Below are positions 61,191-64,000 of a DNA stretch of 64,000 nucleotides, piece by piece. Origin of the DNA: Epithemia pelagica (lineage: Eukaryota; Protista; Bacillariophyta); the NCBI GenBank assembly GCA_946965045.2, contig OX337232.1, positions 1,736,001 through 1,800,000 of the forward strand, given 5' to 3'. The position numbers were made by a program, and so were the translations under genes. A model generated the notes under the pieces. It was not told the DNA's origin. It did not search any database and saw nothing but the letters and a program-made list of their open reading frames with translations. How positions within the stretch are numbered: the first letter of the stretch is position 1; every line of letters starts with the position of its first letter.

Positions 61191-62098
61191 ATGGTGATAG
61201 GAATCTATCGTCTTTAAGTTGAATGTGAATAACCCAAATCACGATTATGTGAAGTGCTGCTGTCGTACTGAAATGAGGAGAATTTAGGAGATGAAAATAG
61301 AAACGGGATCTGTTCCAAGTCAACCTGAGATTTCGCTTTACTGCCTGTCTGATTTCTGGGATCCTTGTGCTTGGTGTAAAGTGTCACCGTAGGAGTTACT
61401 CCCAGCGGGATTGTTTCGGAGGTAGAATTACCCTCATATCTACCCCTTCTGGGGAGTAACGTAGGAGTGCATCGCTCGTCATCTACTCCTCATCTCACAG
61501 GCAAAATCACACGGCGCATACTCCCTACAAAATGCACTTGTACCCAAAGACACAGACGATGCAGAAAAAACTATGCATCGAATCAGATATACACCTTGGG
61601 AACCTTGAACATGGATACTAGCTGAACGATTGGTTTCTTCTGTTGTGGTAGCCTATGTTCATCTTGGTTAAGTTGAGCGCTAGCGCCCCAAACCAGTTCA
61701 TGAATACGTCGTCGAAGTTTCTGTGACAGTGACGGATACGAAAATACGAAGAGTGTCCCCGGACCCCGGACAAGAAGCATCGCGCTATCGACTTCGTGAT
61801 CTTCGACTAATACAAAGCTACACGTACCATCAAAACCTTACACAATATAATATTCAACTTCACGCGTCGATCAGTTGCACATTGATAGTCACCTCGCCTC
61901 GAACGACAACAACGGGACAATTTTGTGAACAAACAAGTACTAATAATTTCTAATGAAAATCAACCTACACAGACGAGTTCCCCTGTGGTGAAAAAGGGGG
62001 GATGAAGAGTTAGTTTCTCAATTGCTTGTTTCCCATTTAGCAAGCGTACGAAAACGCCATCACGTACCAAGTCGGCTGACATGTCAGCATAACTCATC

Positions 62099-64000
62099 CT
62101 AGGGTAAACGAAGGCGTCCACTGTCACCTTCATCTCGACCATCGTAGTCTCCCCAGGGTAAGTCAACCTCGTGCCATCCATTTGAATTGAACGTTAGAAT
62201 GTTGGACAAAGTGACGTATGCAAATCTCGCAGGATACCTGCGGATCTTCTCCACCGGGGCGACATGCGTTGAAGCTGTTGCTCCCGTATCAACTTCTGTA
62301 ATAAAGAAGTTCCCTTCTTTAACCTCCAATCGGATCTGGGGAACATCACGACAAATGCTCTCATAAACCGTGCTTTTGAAGTAGGTGGGAACCCAGAATG
62401 GAGCAGCATGAACACCGCTTTGCTCTGTGATTCTCGCCCCCGGCAATGCTGGAGAACACATTATGTTGTACGGTGTCATGGACGATTCCCATCCACGAAC
62501 AAGGTATACCATAGATGTGACCATACATCCGAAGAATAGTGTACGGGCAAGGAAAATGATAGTCGCCCATGTTACGCTGTTCTTCCTTTCGACAGCAAGC
62601 CTCAAGCGCACCATCTCTTCGTACTGAGAGCCAAGAACATCATTCATTTTCCTGAACAAAGAGTCCTCTGGACGATACACGGTCGTGGTTTTTCGATCCT
62701 TTGATCTGGAGTTGGCTTCTTTTTCGCTGGCGATCTCTGACAACACTGCGTTTGACTGTGCATCAAGGAAGCCAAAAATACCACGAAGCTGAGTGAGCTT
62801 ACCAAGCATAGTTCGTGCACTTATCGAGTTCGTCGTCTTCATGTCTTCGGAGCCTCGAGAACTCGTTTGAGATGGGTCCGTAGCCATCTCACCTGCCGTG
62901 GATCGGAGATTGCTTAGGCCTGTTTCTGCGAGCCTTAGCCGCGTTTCCAACTCCTCAACACCGCCACACCCATGCTCCTTTAATTTGGTAACTTTTGAAC
63001 GGACAAGCTGAGCCTGAACTTCCTGAAGTCGGATGAGCTCCAAAAGACAGGCAGATGTGTTCGATCTCTCTTCCAGAACCTCCTGGCGATCAACCGTCTT
63101 CAGACACTCATCCTCGGAACTTTCGGACACATCAGACTTTTCGGGTGTAACAGAATTCACCTGTGCTTGAAGAAAGCCGATGAGACCACGCAACTGTTTC
63201 AATTTCGCTTCACCAGCGTTTGCGTTGGGGTTTTGCGGTCCTTCAAACTCCGAGCGAAGTGTACTAAGCGCAGACCCTGCTAGCTTTAGCCTTGTTTCCA
63301 TTTCCTCCACCCCAATGCTACTGTTCTTCAGATTATTGACCTTTGATTGGACAAGCTCTGCTTCCTCTTGAACAACGATGATCTCTGCCAAAACAGATGC
63401 AGCTCGCTTTTTCTCTTGGTCCAACACTTCGTCGTCCGGCATAGCAGCGTTGACCTGCGCTGAAAGAAAACCAATAATTCCTCTTAGCTGGTTCACCTTT
63501 GAATCCCTTTGGGCAACATGCGCGGGAGTAATTGCATTGGCATCGGTTACATCCCCTTTTCCTTCAATTGCACGAACAATGCCCTCGAACTCATCTCTAA
63601 TCTCTGAAAGGGCGGTATCGGCGAGTCGAAATCGTGTCTCCATCTCTTTGATTCCGTCGCCTTTTCGCGCTTTTAATTCAGAGAGTTTTCCCCGCACCGG
63701 TTGGGTTTCCTCTTGTAGACTAACAATTTTCGACAAGCACTCTCGTATTTTACTTTTCTCGTTCTCTGTCAGGGAGCACACTTCTGACTTCTTCTTGGGT
63801 GCGGCGTCATCTGATACCGCAGCGTCCAATTGTGCTCTTAGGAAGCAAATGATCCCTCGGAGCCTGTTTACCTTCGCAAGATTATTCCGTGTATTGGAGA
63901 CTTGCACAGGTTCATCGACATTTTGAGATTGTGTACGTCCCTTTTCGACACTCTCCTCACATTCTAGGCGAAGATCTCGCAACGCAACTTCAGCAAGCCT
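62099..64000 (-). CDS. 5'-truncated repeat-containing coiled-coil + TM + conserved C-terminal domain protein (paralog P3)
   Basis: Frame is open to the window edge; internal ~85-105-aa repeats; TM; MCSPALPG…APFWVP…C…PW. Confidence 0.85.
   Translation of the reverse strand, partial: RLAEVALRDLRLECEESVEKGRTQSQNVDEPVQVSNTRNNLAKVNRLRGIICFLRAQLDAAVSDDAAPKKKSEVCSLTENEKSKIRECLSKIVSLQEETQPVRGKLSELKARKGDGIKEMETRFRLADTALSEIRDEFEGIVRAIEGKGDVTDANAITPAHVAQRDSKVNQLRGIIGFLSAQVNAAMPDDEVLDQEKKRAASVLAEIIVVQEEAELVQSKVNNLKNSSIGVEEMETRLKLAGSALSTLRSEFEGPQNPNANAGEAKLKQLRGLIGFLQAQVNSVTPEKSDVSESSEDECLKTVDRQEVLEERSNTSACLLELIRLQEVQAQLVRSKVTKLKEHGCGGVEELETRLRLAETGLSNLRSTAGEMATDPSQTSSRGSEDMKTTNSISARTMLGKLTQLRGIFGFLDAQSNAVLSEIASEKEANSRSKDRKTTTVYRPEDSLFRKMNDVLGSQYEEMVRLRLAVERKNSVTWATIIFLARTLFFGCMVTSMVYLVRGWESSMTPYNIMCSPALPGARITEQSGVHAAPFWVPTYFKSTVYESICRDVPQIRLEVKEGNFFITEVDTGATASTHVAPVEKIRRYPARFAYVTLSNILTFNSNGWHEVDLPWGDYDGRDEGDSGRLRLP

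Noticed and set aside
61960-62181. 73-aa ORF overlapping the P3 stop
   Set aside because: It overlaps the end of a well-supported gene in another frame and has no recognisable homology.

Overview
Eukaryotic, gene-dense genomic DNA, most likely a pennate diatom. The evidence is short GT-AG introns, signal peptides followed by Phe on plastid proteins, a DUF6824-type protein, SQD1 and an Omp85-family gene. About 30 protein-coding genes are supported, including AOX with an EF-hand, SQD1, TRAPPC5, IMP1, vacuolar H+-PPase, S49 peptidase, DPM3, MgtE, two GST-fold genes, Omp85, a NYN RNase, CRAL-TRIO, DHPR, a GDXG hydrolase, a class I PDE, RNase Z-long and a two-pore channel. The 31.3-43.8 kb interval resolves into a three-level transposon nest with boundaries readable to within a few bases. 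A ~420-bp TA-flanked MITE (31293-43820) contains a tyrosine-recombinase retrotransposon with Ngaro/PAT-type split direct repeats (31566-43673; CCCH-Gag, extra ORF, RT/RNaseH, YR). Its terminal B2 repeat is split by a 4,239-bp TIR element with a CAG target-site duplication (31681-35919). The right end holds three paralogous coiled-coil/TM genes sharing a C-terminal domain I cannot name (C[AS]PxxPG...P[WF]W[AV]P...C...PW). Other oddities are an in-frame TGA in a GST-fold gene, an ATG-only first exon plus a stop-free 90-nt intron in the PPase, and a PDE catalytic domain split by an insert rich in RRxS sites. All calls come from manual reading; no database searches were run.
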